A DNA stretch of 63,931 nt, the filler included, from an uncultured Methanosarcinales archaeon (GTDB lineage Archaea > Nanobdellota > Nanobdellia > Woesearchaeales > CAYXTQ01): the NCBI GenBank assembly GCA_964608065.1. It is 3 parts of 3 records of this genome, joined end to end, with 100 filler letters (N's around TTAATTAATTAA, not from the genome) between each part and the next. Parts side by side here need not be neighbours in the genome. Positions count along the whole stretch, not along the records: positions 29,173 to 58,211 come from CAZSMA010000005.1; 2 more parts are not named here. One strand, written 5' to 3'. The position numbers and the translations under genes are program-made. The notes under the pieces were generated by a model. That model was not told the DNA's origin and did no database searches. It worked only from the letters and a program-made list of their open reading frames with translations. Of the stretch, positions 41,153 through 50,618 are shown one piece after another (position 1 is the stretch's first letter; each line of letters starts with the position of its first letter).

Positions 41153-41785
41153 ATGATAAATTTAGTTAAGAAGTTCATTAGTAAAGTTCTAAGAGATCTT
41201 TTTAAAAAGAAGAAGCATGTTAAGCTAGGATTATATGGGCCTCCAAATGGCGGTAAGACTACTTTAGCTAATAAGGTGTGTCAGGACTGGCTTGGAGAAG
41301 ATATGGGCACTGTTTCTAATGTAGCTCATGAAACCAGAGAAATTCAGATAAAAGAAGAGATCAATATTAAGTCTAATGGAAAAGAGATTACTTTTAATTT
41401 AGTTGATACTCCAGGGATTGCTACAAAAATAGATTATGAAGATTTTATGAAGACAGGAATGAAAGAGAAAAAAGCAAAGGAAAGGGCTAAGGAAGCAACC
41501 AAAGGAGTTATTGATGCTATAAAATGGCTGGATGAGATGGAAGTAGTTGTTGTAGTACTTGATGCTACTAAAGACCCTTATAGCCAGGTAAATGTTACAA
41601 TAATAGGCAATTTACAGGCAAGAGATATACCTGTTTTGATTGTAGCAAACAAAATAGATTTGAAGAAGGCAAAAATAAAAAAAATACAGTCTGCGTTCCC
41701 TCAATATGAGGTTATTGGTATCTCAGCCAAATACGGAAACAATATAGATAAATTTTATGAGGCACTATTTGCAGTGGCAGGATAA
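41153..41785 (+). CDS. Era-like small GTPase (OapA/ArvA family)
   Basis: GPPNGGKT, HETR, DTPG, NKID, ISAK; followed by DUF2073-like and Zn-ribbon genes. Confidence 0.88.
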   Translation: MINLVKKFISKVLRDLFKKKKHVKLGLYGPPNGGKTTLANKVCQDWLGEDMGTVSNVAHETREIQIKEEINIKSNGKEITFNLVDTPGIATKIDYEDFMKTGMKEKKAKERAKEATKGVIDAIKWLDEMEVVVVVLDATKDPYSQVNVTIIGNLQARDIPVLIVANKIDLKKAKIKKIQSAFPQYEVIGISAKYGNNIDKFYEALFAVAG

Positions 41786-41786
41786 A

Positions 41787-42179
41787 ATGTTAACACTACA
41801 ATTTATACCATATGCTGAAATTGATGGATTAGGTTCAGCTAGAAGAGTAAATAAGATTTTGGATATTGTAAAGGACAACCGGATTGTTTTGCTTGAAGGC
41901 AGGTTAAAAAAAGAGGAAGAGTCTGATTTGATAGCAATAACAATGGAGAAGATTGACAATAAGTTTAAAGGCATTGAGCTGAGTGTTATTGACCCTGATT
42001 TGAAAGATGATGCATTGCTTGGAAGATTAAAGAAAAGGTTTGTCAATATTCTGTTAGGGAATAGACAGGGCTTAACTATTATAGGACCTGCTGCAATAGT
42101 TAAAGAAATAAAGAAAGACCCTAATAAAATAGAGCTTTATACCAAGGAAACTAAACAAAAAAATAAAAAGAAGAAATAA
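41787..42179 (+). CDS. DUF2073 protein (OapB/ArvB-like)
   Basis: IVLLEGRL..EE..LI..TM..I...F.GIE, GLTIIGPA. Confidence 0.82.
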   Translation: MLTLQFIPYAEIDGLGSARRVNKILDIVKDNRIVLLEGRLKKEEESDLIAITMEKIDNKFKGIELSVIDPDLKDDALLGRLKKRFVNILLGNRQGLTIIGPAAIVKEIKKDPNKIELYTKETKQKNKKKK

Positions 42180-42209
42180 TATAATAAAAAAAATAAAAAA
42201 AAAAAAAAA

Positions 42210-42599
42210 ATGCCACACCAATGCGTAAGATGCAATACATTCTATGATGATGGTGCAGCTGAAATATTAAAAGGATGCAGCTGTGGAGGCAAGCTATTTT
42301 TCTATATAAAGAAGGAAAAATTAGAGCAGGCTAAGAAGGTTACAGAAGAATCAAAGTTAACTATAAAAGATAAGAAACAGATTGAAGAAGATGTCTTTGA
42401 GTTAGTTGGAGAAGATCTTAGCAGAGATGAACCCATAGTTCTGGATTTAGAAAGCATTAAAGTAAAGAGACCCGGACAGTACGAATTAGATTTAGTTCAT
42501 TTGTTCAAAGGAGAACCATTAGTAGTTAAATTAGAAGATGGAAAGTATATGATAGATATTCCAGGGACATTTGAGGCTGTTAAAAAGGAGAAGAAATGA
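42210..42599 (+). CDS. Zn-ribbon protein (OapC/ArvC-like, DUF2072)
   Basis: MPHQCVRC..GCSCGGKLF, ESIKV..PGQYELDL. Confidence 0.85.
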   Translation: MPHQCVRCNTFYDDGAAEILKGCSCGGKLFFYIKKEKLEQAKKVTEESKLTIKDKKQIEEDVFELVGEDLSRDEPIVLDLESIKVKRPGQYELDLVHLFKGEPLVVKLEDGKYMIDIPGTFEAVKKEKK

Positions 42600-43796
42600 T
42601 TATTTATCAGAAATTATTTCTACAACATCTCCATTGTTCAGAACATGTTCTTTGCCTATTACTAGTTTTGTTTTTAAGTCAATTGCTTTGATGAATTTTT
42701 TACCAATGTCTGTGTGGACTTTGAATGCAAAGTCTAAGGCGGTTATTCCTTGCGGAACAAGGAAACAGTCTGGCAGAACCCGATTATCTTTATCAGTTAA
42801 TTTACTTGTTGCAACTGGGTAGACTGCTATATATTTTAATAACTCGAAAACAGCTTTATCCAGGACTTCTTGGACTCCTGTGCTGTTATATTTTTCTAGA
42901 ATGTTTTTTTTCACAAAATCTAAAGCTTGCTTTTGTTTGTCATTTAGTTTTGATTCGTCTTTTATTGAAAAAGTATTTTCTCCAGGAATATAATCAATAA
43001 GCTTGTGTTTTGCAGCTTCTTTCAGAGCTAATTCAGATTCAGCACTGCAAGCAATCAACATATGGTCTGGGAATTGGTTCTCTAATTTTGTAAAGTTTTC
43101 TGCTGCATTAGGAGAATCTATCTTGTTGCATGCAATAATCATAGGTTTTGTTATTTTTCTTAGTTCTGTTGCTATATTTTTTAATTCAGTGTCAGTCCAT
43201 TTGATTATATCTGATCCTAAGTTTAATTTTTTGATTACTCCTTCAATTGTTTTTTCAGCAACTCCTAAGCCTTCAAGATGTTTGACTAATGCTTTTGCGA
43301 CTTCTGATTTTTCCTGGTTAACAGTTCTGGCAAATTTTTCCCAGCCTTTTTGTATTAATCTTAAGTACCACATATCTAATTCTATTTCCAGGAATTTGAT
43401 ATCATTTGAAGGATCATATGTTCCAGGGTCAACTGGTTCTCCTTTTTCATTTGTAGATCCAGAGACATCAACAATATGTATTAAGACATCAGCTTGTCTT
43501 AGATCATCTAAGAATTGATTTCCCATGCCTTTTCCTTCATGTGCTCCTGGAACTAATCCAGCAACATCTAGGACTTGTACAGGAACAAACCTTTTGTTAT
43601 TAATACAATAACCGTGTTTTGGCTGACATTTAATATTAAATTCTTTGTCAGAACAATCTATTTTAACAAAACCAACACCAGAATTTGGTTTTATAGTTAC
43701 GAAAGGATAATTAGCTATTTCTACTTCTGCTAATGTTGCAGCTTTGAATAGTGTAGATTTTCCGCAATTTGGCTTTCCTACGAGGCCTACGAGCAT
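42600..43796 (-). CDS. ychF: Obg-family ATPase/GTPase YchF with TGS domain
   Basis: GKPNCGKST, ANYPFVTI.PN, DVAGLVPGA..G.GMGNQFLDDL, HTDIG. Confidence 0.93.
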   Translation of the reverse strand: MLVGLVGKPNCGKSTLFKAATLAEVEIANYPFVTIKPNSGVGFVKIDCSDKEFNIKCQPKHGYCINNKRFVPVQVLDVAGLVPGAHEGKGMGNQFLDDLRQADVLIHIVDVSGSTNEKGEPVDPGTYDPSNDIKFLEIELDMWYLRLIQKGWEKFARTVNQEKSEVAKALVKHLEGLGVAEKTIEGVIKKLNLGSDIIKWTDTELKNIATELRKITKPMIIACNKIDSPNAAENFTKLENQFPDHMLIACSAESELALKEAAKHKLIDYIPGENTFSIKDESKLNDKQKQALDFVKKNILEKYNSTGVQEVLDKAVFELLKYIAVYPVATSKLTDKDNRVLPDCFLVPQGITALDFAFKVHTDIGKKFIKAIDLKTKLVIGKEHVLNNGDVVEIISDK

Positions 43797-44033
43797 TCGT
43801 TTTTCACCTTAAACTATATTTATAATTTCCATACTTCACAATTGATTTAACTTCATTATATTTTTTATCTTTAAACTCTTCAGGAACCCCTACTAACATT
43901 TTAAGTTGAGAAAGGCCTTTTTTTATAAAAAGCTTTCCATTAAATTATTGATTAGCAAATAGAAGGTACTAATCCCTATACTAGTATATTAAAACGAAAG
44001 TTTTATATAGAAAGTTATCTTGTAGTTGCAACA

Positions 44034-44645
44034 ATGACTATGCGGCATAGATATAGTGAAGAAGATTATGCAGATGCAGCTACTTTTAGGGTTAAGTTCA
44101 AGGATTATTTTCATCTTAAGAATTTGTATATAATGATGCACCAATGGCTTATAGAGAATATGTATGCTACTCTGGAAATGGAGAATTTTCCTGAAACATT
44201 TTATCTTCAGAGAGAAACTCAGCAAGCAGGCAGAGAAATCTGGGTCTGGTGGAGGATGGAAAAAAAGCCACCTTATTATGGCAGTAATTATTATAAATAT
44301 GTGATGGATATTGATATGAAAGTTATTTTGTTAAGAGATGTAGAAGTTATACATGAAGGTAAAAAATTCAAGACTAACTGGGGCCAACCAGAGATAAAAA
44401 TATGGGCAAGGTTAGTTTCTGATTTTGATCATAAATGGAGGAACCATTGGTTTTTGAAGAATATAAACGAAACTTTTCATAAGAGGATCATGAAAAATGA
44501 ACTTAATATGCATAAAATAGAGTTTTACAGAGAAGCATATAGGTTCCAGGAAGCTATTAAAACTTATCTTAAATTAAAGACATATCTTCCAGAGCCAGAG
44601 CTGCAAAAATGGACTCCTGCCAGAGGATTGGGTGAGACTGTTTAA
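44034..44645 (+). CDS. Hypothetical protein, paralogue 1 of tandem trio
   Basis: F.LKNLY..MH.WL...Y; C-terminal FQEAIKTYLKL. Confidence 0.8.
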   Translation: MTMRHRYSEEDYADAATFRVKFKDYFHLKNLYIMMHQWLIENMYATLEMENFPETFYLQRETQQAGREIWVWWRMEKKPPYYGSNYYKYVMDIDMKVILLRDVEVIHEGKKFKTNWGQPEIKIWARLVSDFDHKWRNHWFLKNINETFHKRIMKNELNMHKIEFYREAYRFQEAIKTYLKLKTYLPEPELQKWTPARGLGETV

Positions 44646-44647
44646 AA

Positions 44648-45196
44648 ATGGTCCAGAAATATATATTTGAAAAAAGTGGACAAGAGCCAGTCAATATACT
44701 GAAGTTTAATGGAATATTTGACTTTGACGGATTGTATAAAGTAATGCATGACTGGTTAGTTGACAGGCAATACTATTTTGAAGAGTCTTTGTATAAGCAC
44801 AAGGTTCCAACACCTGCAGGAGCAGAACAGCATATTAAATGGGATTGCTGGAGACCTGTAAATTCATATGTGAAATATCATATAAACATCTACTTTATAC
44901 TTAGAGATATGAAAGAAGTAGAAGTTATAAAAGATGGAGAAAGAAAAAAACTGACTAAAGCAAGATTAATGATTGTTTTCGGAGGCAAGGTTGAGCTGGA
45001 CTTTTCAAAAAGGTTTCCTAGCAGTAAACTAGCAGGCTATCTGATGGATTTTTTAATCAGTTATGTATGGAAACCAGAAAAGGTAGTTTCTATGTGGTGG
45101 GATGAGCTTTACTATAGAATTTATAAATTCCAAAGAGTTGTTAAGGAATACCTTGAGATGGAATCTAAAGGTAATGCATATTATGATATGTGGTGA
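44648..45196 (+). CDS. Hypothetical protein, paralogue 2 of tandem trio
   Basis: GIFDFDGLYKVMHDWL...Y; FQRVVKEYLEM. Confidence 0.8.
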   Translation: MVQKYIFEKSGQEPVNILKFNGIFDFDGLYKVMHDWLVDRQYYFEESLYKHKVPTPAGAEQHIKWDCWRPVNSYVKYHINIYFILRDMKEVEVIKDGERKKLTKARLMIVFGGKVELDFSKRFPSSKLAGYLMDFLISYVWKPEKVVSMWWDELYYRIYKFQRVVKEYLEMESKGNAYYDMW

Positions 45197-45202
45197 GAAA
45201 AA

Positions 45203-45754
45203 ATGTCTGAAAGAGAAATTATAATTGATAAGATGCGTTTAACGTATGAAGGATTATTTGATGTTGTTGAATTATATAAAATGATAGATAGATTTTTCAA
45301 AGAGAAAGGTTATGATAAGAGGGAACGACATAATTCTGAAAGGGTTACTCCTGAAGGGAAATTTATAGAGTTAGAGTTAGAGCCATGGAAAAAAATTACA
45401 GACTATGCGATGAATGTAATTAAGTTAAGGATTGTTATGAGCGATGTTACAGAGATTGTTGTAAAGAAAGATAATGCAAAAGTAAAACTCAATAAAGGAA
45501 AAGTAAAGATGGTTTTTGATGCTTATATTGAGACAGATTACGAAAATAGATGGGAAGGCAAGCCATTGTTCTTTTTCATCAGGACAATTCTTGATAAGTA
45601 TGTTTTTAAGCCATATACTGCAGGGTTCAGAAAGAATGTGCTGGATGATGCTAATCATCTTTATAATAAAGTAAAGGCATTTCTAAACTTGTATAAGATA
45701 GAATCACCAGCACAGACAGCACCAAGAGCTACTGACCTGACACCAGGACCTTAA
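45203..45754 (+). CDS. Hypothetical protein, paralogue 3 of tandem trio
   Basis: GLFDVVELYKMIDRFF...GY; LYNKVKAFLNL. Confidence 0.8.
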   Translation: MSEREIIIDKMRLTYEGLFDVVELYKMIDRFFKEKGYDKRERHNSERVTPEGKFIELELEPWKKITDYAMNVIKLRIVMSDVTEIVVKKDNAKVKLNKGKVKMVFDAYIETDYENRWEGKPLFFFIRTILDKYVFKPYTAGFRKNVLDDANHLYNKVKAFLNLYKIESPAQTAPRATDLTPGP

Positions 45755-47076
45755 ATCACTTTTGAGGTTTGGAAAGCAAGTCTTGCGAAGAACTGGAACA
45801 TTATCTGAATTTCGTCTTTAGAGAAATTCTTATAGCTTATGACAGGTTCATAGATTCTAGCATACTTAGAGAAATCTTTGGTTAGGATCTTTAAATCGTA
45901 TTTCTCCGGGTTGTTATAAATATCTGTGCCAGGATATGGTATAAATGTAAAAGGAGTTATCTCATCGAGTAATTTGTTTTTTATCAAATATTCTGTTTTA
46001 TTATAGCTGTATTTGCTTTTTTTTAAATCATCTCCTGGGTGACCTATCAATAGGAAAGAACCTGTAAGTTGATTAGCAGCTTTGGCATTCTTTAATCCGC
46101 TGATTATTTGATTAAAAGTAGCTTTTTTGTTCATCATTTCCTGAACATGAGGGTGGAAATGTTCTATACCAAAATAAACCACCTTGAAACCTGCTTTTGC
46201 TAATGTATTACTTATTTTTTTATCGTAAATATTAATTTTAGTGTAACATTTGAGATTTATCTTGTAATTCTGCTTTTTAATCTCATTGCATAAGTTTTCT
46301 GCAAATTTTTTATTAGCTGTAAATGTGCTGTCCATAAAGAAGATTCTTTTACAGCTTTTGCTGTCTGCAATTATGTTGAGTTCTTCAATTATATTGTTGA
46401 TTTTCTTAAACCTTAGACCATGGCCCCAGAATTTTGGCTCAATACAATAGCTGCAGTTATAAGGGCAGCCACGGGTTACCATATGGTTAAATTGGAAGTT
46501 TTCATATTGACCTTCACCCACTTCTTTATCAATGTCATTCAAATATTTTTTTAATAATTCTTTGTTTAATTTTGGAATTTCTTTAGAAGGGTTACATTGT
46601 TTGTTTTTTTGTTTTTTGTTTTTTTTTCTAAAAGTTATTCCTTTGATATTTTCTAATCTTTTATTTTTGACTATGTCAAGGAAACTGGTTTCTCCCTCAC
46701 CTCTTACAACTATGTCTACACATTTATTTTTTATTGTTTCTGAATCTGTCCATGTAACATGATGACCTCCTATGATGGTTTTAATGTTTGGGTTAATTTC
46801 CTTTGTTTTTTTTAATATCTCTAAAGCAATATTTATTTCTGGAGTTAAAGCTGTTGTTCCTACAATATCAAAGTCTTTACTATTTTTTTTTAATAATTCA
46901 AATGTTTTTTCTTTGTTATATATTCCTGGAATTAGTTTAACTTCTATGTTATTATCAGCTAACATAGAACCTATTTGCAATAAACCCAGTTCTCTTGACA
47001 GATATCTGCTGTAATCTCTGTCAATATTGTAGAATTCCCTGTACTCTGTTGGCTGGATTAATAGGACTTTGGGCAT
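45751..47076 (-). CDS. B12-binding radical SAM protein
   Basis: GGHH.T, VVRGEGE, RGCPYNCSYC, PYPGT. Confidence 0.92.
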   Translation of the reverse strand: MPKVLLIQPTEYREFYNIDRDYSRYLSRELGLLQIGSMLADNNIEVKLIPGIYNKEKTFELLKKNSKDFDIVGTTALTPEINIALEILKKTKEINPNIKTIIGGHHVTWTDSETIKNKCVDIVVRGEGETSFLDIVKNKRLENIKGITFRKKNKKQKNKQCNPSKEIPKLNKELLKKYLNDIDKEVGEGQYENFQFNHMVTRGCPYNCSYCIEPKFWGHGLRFKKINNIIEELNIIADSKSCKRIFFMDSTFTANKKFAENLCNEIKKQNYKINLKCYTKINIYDKKISNTLAKAGFKVVYFGIEHFHPHVQEMMNKKATFNQIISGLKNAKAANQLTGSFLLIGHPGDDLKKSKYSYNKTEYLIKNKLLDEITPFTFIPYPGTDIYNNPEKYDLKILTKDFSKYARIYEPVISYKNFSKDEIQIMFQFFARLAFQTSKVI

Positions 47077-47156
47077 AAGATTAAAACTACTATGATTGAT
47101 ATTTAAATTTTTGTTTTTACGAAAATTTTATAAATTTAGATACAATTTGAAAAGAT

Positions 47157-47660
47157 ATGAGCAATTATGATTTAAAAGGTAATTATTTTAATCCCGGAAT
47201 AAGAGGTTATTTGCCTAAGATAGAAGGTAGTTTGTCAATTGATGAAAACGGAGTGATTAAAGGTGATTTAGAAAGGGCAGCATTATTAACCCCTTTAATG
47301 GATATAAATGGATCAGCAGCGTTTCTTGATAATACTATTTATTTAATTCTATTTGAAAAATTATCTAAATGTAATTTTGTTAACAATGTTAAGAGGAATT
47401 ATTATAATGTAATCTATTTTCTAGAAAAACATTATTCAGGAAATGATTTTGCTGGTGAATATACCGGCGGCATAATTAATTTTTTTACAAATCAAATAGT
47501 TTTTGAAGAAAAAAAAATTTTAATTGAAAAGTGTAAAGATGGTTTAAATATTCAAATTCCTGTTTTACGTGGAGGCAAGATAGTTTGTGAGAAATACTGG
47601 GTTCCAAGAGCTGAAGAAGTAAAGATAACTCTGAAACGAAAAAACCTATTAACTGGTTAA
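47157..47660 (+). CDS. Hypothetical protein
   Basis: 167 aa ORF with upstream TATA; no motif recognised. Confidence 0.6.
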   Translation: MSNYDLKGNYFNPGIRGYLPKIEGSLSIDENGVIKGDLERAALLTPLMDINGSAAFLDNTIYLILFEKLSKCNFVNNVKRNYYNVIYFLEKHYSGNDFAGEYTGGIINFFTNQIVFEEKKILIEKCKDGLNIQIPVLRGGKIVCEKYWVPRAEEVKITLKRKNLLTG

Positions 47661-47736
47661 ATCATATTAAAATGGTTATTTGTTTATTTATATAATATGC
47701 TATGTCCGGAATCTCGCTAAAATAAAAAAAAAAAAA

Positions 47737-47843
47737 AGCCTCCGATGGGAGTTGCACCCATGACCTGCAGATTGCTTGCAAATAGCTACAAGTTTCAGCG
47801 TTTTATTCAAACTCTGCCGCAATAGCTACTATGCTACGGAGGC
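47737..47843 (-). tRNA. tRNA-Thr(TGT) with two introns (30/31: 47794-47813; 37/38: 47773-47786)
   Basis: Acceptor GCCTCCG/CGGAGGC; after intron removal anticodon arm GCAGA-CTTGTAA-TCTGC; both introns form bulge-helix-bulge-like motifs. Confidence 0.88.
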
Positions 47844-47884
47844 GTGTCTACTGTTAAAATAAGAGTCTATTTAAAAATTTTACC

Positions 47885-48523
47885 CTAAATCATTAGTTTT
47901 TCTAATTTTTTAATATGTTTAGGGTTATTAAATCCTATCTCTTCTTTCCATTTATTAAGCATTTGAAAACCATTTATAGTTAATCTAAGTCCCTCATTCC
48001 AACCTGGATGGTTCTTGTTTATTGTCCAAATAGATGTTCTAAATCCCGTTTCCTTTAGAATTTTATTTATCTGATTCATTAATTTCTTTGAAATATTACA
48101 CATTTCAATTCTAGGGTAAATGCTCTTTTTATTTGCTAAAAAAGTATTTATACTGCCATCTGTATCTACAAAACCTCTTAAAAAAGCTTTTTTAAGATTA
48201 TCTTTTTTTAGGATTATAGCAGGAATTTCAATTTTTTCTTTTTTTCCAAGAGGTAAATTTAGGACATCTCTTTTGAATTCTAAAATTGATTGATTAAAAA
48301 TTCTGAAGCCATAGGCACCTTTTGACCACATTCTTGCCTTTGGTTTTATAGCATATACTTTTTGATATAAAGGAATTATATGTTTATCAATATATTCTTT
48401 GTCATCTATATAATGGCAAGCTAAAGTATATGCATAAGTGCCTTTATAAATATTCATACTTCCATCACCAACATGAATTCCAGTTTCTTCTGCTAAATCT
48501 TCATTTATTTTGTATTTATACAT
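47885..48523 (-). CDS. Free-standing double-motif LAGLIDADG endonuclease
   Basis: LAEETGIHVGDGS and AFLRGFVDTDGS; IGFNNPKH end; no intein splice motifs. Confidence 0.88.
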   Translation of the reverse strand: MYKYKINEDLAEETGIHVGDGSMNIYKGTYAYTLACHYIDDKEYIDKHIIPLYQKVYAIKPKARMWSKGAYGFRIFNQSILEFKRDVLNLPLGKKEKIEIPAIILKKDNLKKAFLRGFVDTDGSINTFLANKKSIYPRIEMCNISKKLMNQINKILKETGFRTSIWTINKNHPGWNEGLRLTINGFQMLNKWKEEIGFNNPKHIKKLEKLMI

Positions 48524-48823
48524 TTCAAATCACCGCCAAAGTTTTTTTATTTTTTTTTTTTATAAAACTTTGGAGCATTTTAAAAAAGAGGACGTTTAGC
48601 AATACTCCATAATTGATTTTTGGCGAAGCCTAAAATCATTATTTAGGAGTTTTGCGTGTCTTTTTTTTCTTTTTCTAAGAAATAAATTATCCTTTATATA
48701 TCTCACGCAGGGTTGGCCAGTGGCCAGTGGGTTTAGTCCCTCTGGAGGCTTTTTTTTTTTTTGATTCTTTATTCTAAAGAAATAAAACAACCTTTAAATA
48801 TCTGCAAGTATTGCTTTTACAGT

Positions 48824-49477
48824 ATGAAAAGCGAAATAACTGTTTTGAAGGATAATATAATATATAATGTTCTTATTGCAGGTAATGAGAAAGAGATTGC
48901 TGAATGGGCTTCTAGTTTACATGCTGCAGTTAAGAATCAATTTGAAGCTGATGGTCCTGTTAAGATTTTGACTGATTTAACACAGACGAATTTTATAGAC
49001 AGTTTTAAGATTAGGGGAACAATCTCCGATATGGAGAAAAAAAATCAACCTTATGTGCTTAAAAGCGCTGCTTTTACACCTGATATGAAGATAAGATGGC
49101 TTTCTGTGATAATTGCTAAGATGAGTGGAAGAAGGAATTTTGCTATATTTAAAACTAAAGAAAATGCATTGTTGTGGCTGCAGATTCCGGATAAAGGGAA
49201 TGTATTAAAAGAAACCTTTTACCTTGTTTACAATTATCTCAAAAAGAATAAGGACTTAGATGAAGTTGATGTATTGAATTATGTCAGGACTGCCAGAAAT
49301 TACTCTAATGATGATGGAGAGATAAACCTTGATATTTTTAATATACAACAAGGTACTGTTTATGTCACTTTTAATTATCTGAAGGAAAATCCAAATAAAG
49401 ACAGAGATGAGGCATTAAATTATATAGGAGATCATTATAGCGAATTATTGAATAAATACTATTTAATGGAAAAGTAA
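48824..49477 (+). CDS. STAS/SEC14 (SpoIIAA-like) domain protein with C-terminal duplicated helix motif
   Basis: KILTDL..IR..KSA..F.TKENALLWL; twice (Y/F)NYLK.N....E/D.LNY. Confidence 0.6.
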   Translation: MKSEITVLKDNIIYNVLIAGNEKEIAEWASSLHAAVKNQFEADGPVKILTDLTQTNFIDSFKIRGTISDMEKKNQPYVLKSAAFTPDMKIRWLSVIIAKMSGRRNFAIFKTKENALLWLQIPDKGNVLKETFYLVYNYLKKNKDLDEVDVLNYVRTARNYSNDDGEINLDIFNIQQGTVYVTFNYLKENPNKDRDEALNYIGDHYSELLNKYYLMEK

Positions 49478-49527
49478 CCAAAATATTTATAAATCACATT
49501 CTATATTTCTAGGTAAATGGAGGTAAT

Positions 49528-49998
49528 ATGGAAGATATTGATATAAAAGGAGATTATCAGAAATTAGCCAAGAAGTATAAACTACCTGATTTTAATGAGA
49601 TAGACCTAGACTTTGAAATATCAACTATTGATAAAAAAGGGTTTTTATTAAGGGAAATAAGAAGAAGAGTATTTGATAAGATTGATGGCATAAAAGATGT
49701 ATTAGAAAGCATTATTCAGCCAGATCCAAATTCATTTTCAAACATGTATGAATCAAGGGTATTTAATCAGCAAGAAATAAATGATATTTATAAGATATAC
49801 AAAAATTTGATGATTTTATATAGGGAAGCTACAATTGTTAATCTAAGAGCAGATGAAAAAGAAGAAGCTGATTTTATCAATAAAATATTTATAGAATGGA
49901 ATAGTATTAAGGAAAAGTTAGTAAATTATTTGGAAAAAATAAAAAAATACTGGGAAAAAGAAACAAGTGTTAAGGAGGATTTAGGATATTTAGGATGA
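49528..49998 (+). CDS. Hypothetical protein upstream of adk
   Basis: 156 aa, GGAGG SD, overlaps adk start. Confidence 0.75.
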   Translation: MEDIDIKGDYQKLAKKYKLPDFNEIDLDFEISTIDKKGFLLREIRRRVFDKIDGIKDVLESIIQPDPNSFSNMYESRVFNQQEINDIYKIYKNLMILYREATIVNLRADEKEEADFINKIFIEWNSIKEKLVNYLEKIKKYWEKETSVKEDLGYLG

Positions 49999-50618
49999 AA
50001 TTAATGATTGTTGGACCTCAGGGAAGTGGAAAAGGAACTCAAGCTAAATTGATTTCTGAAAAATATAATATCCCTCATATTTCAACAGGAGATTTACTAA
50101 GAGCTGCTGTTAAGGATGAAACAGAAGTAGGCAAGCAGATAAAGGACATATTAGGAAGAGGAGAATTAGTTCCTGATGAAATTGTTATTAATTTAATTAA
50201 GGATAAGTTAAAAGAAAGCGATAAAGGGTTTATTCTAGATGGTTTTCCTAGGAATTTAGAGCAGGCAAAAGCACTGGATAAAATAACTCAATTAGATAAA
50301 GTGATAGATGTCATTATTTCAGATAAAGAATCAGTAAAAAGGATTTCAGGCAGAAGAAGCTGTCCAAAATGTGGAAGTGTTTTTCATATAACCACTAATC
50401 AACCTAAGAAAGAAGATGTTTGTGATAATTGTGGAGAAGGATTGGTACAGAGGGATGATGATAAAGAAGAAGTTATAAAAAAAAGATTACAGATTTATCA
50501 TGAGCAGACATCTTTATTGGAGGATTTCTATAGGAATGAAGAGATTTTAGAAGAGATTGATGGTGAACAGCCTATTGAAAAAGTTTTTGAAGATATAGTT
50601 AAAGTTTTAAGTGAATAA
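49995..50618 (+). CDS. adk: Adenylate kinase (bacterial type, Zn lid)
   Basis: GPQGSGKGTQ, HISTGDLLR, LDGFPR, CPKC..CDNC, QRDDD. Confidence 0.95.
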   Translation: MKLMIVGPQGSGKGTQAKLISEKYNIPHISTGDLLRAAVKDETEVGKQIKDILGRGELVPDEIVINLIKDKLKESDKGFILDGFPRNLEQAKALDKITQLDKVIDVIISDKESVKRISGRRSCPKCGSVFHITTNQPKKEDVCDNCGEGLVQRDDDKEEVIKKRLQIYHEQTSLLEDFYRNEEILEEIDGEQPIEKVFEDIVKVLSE

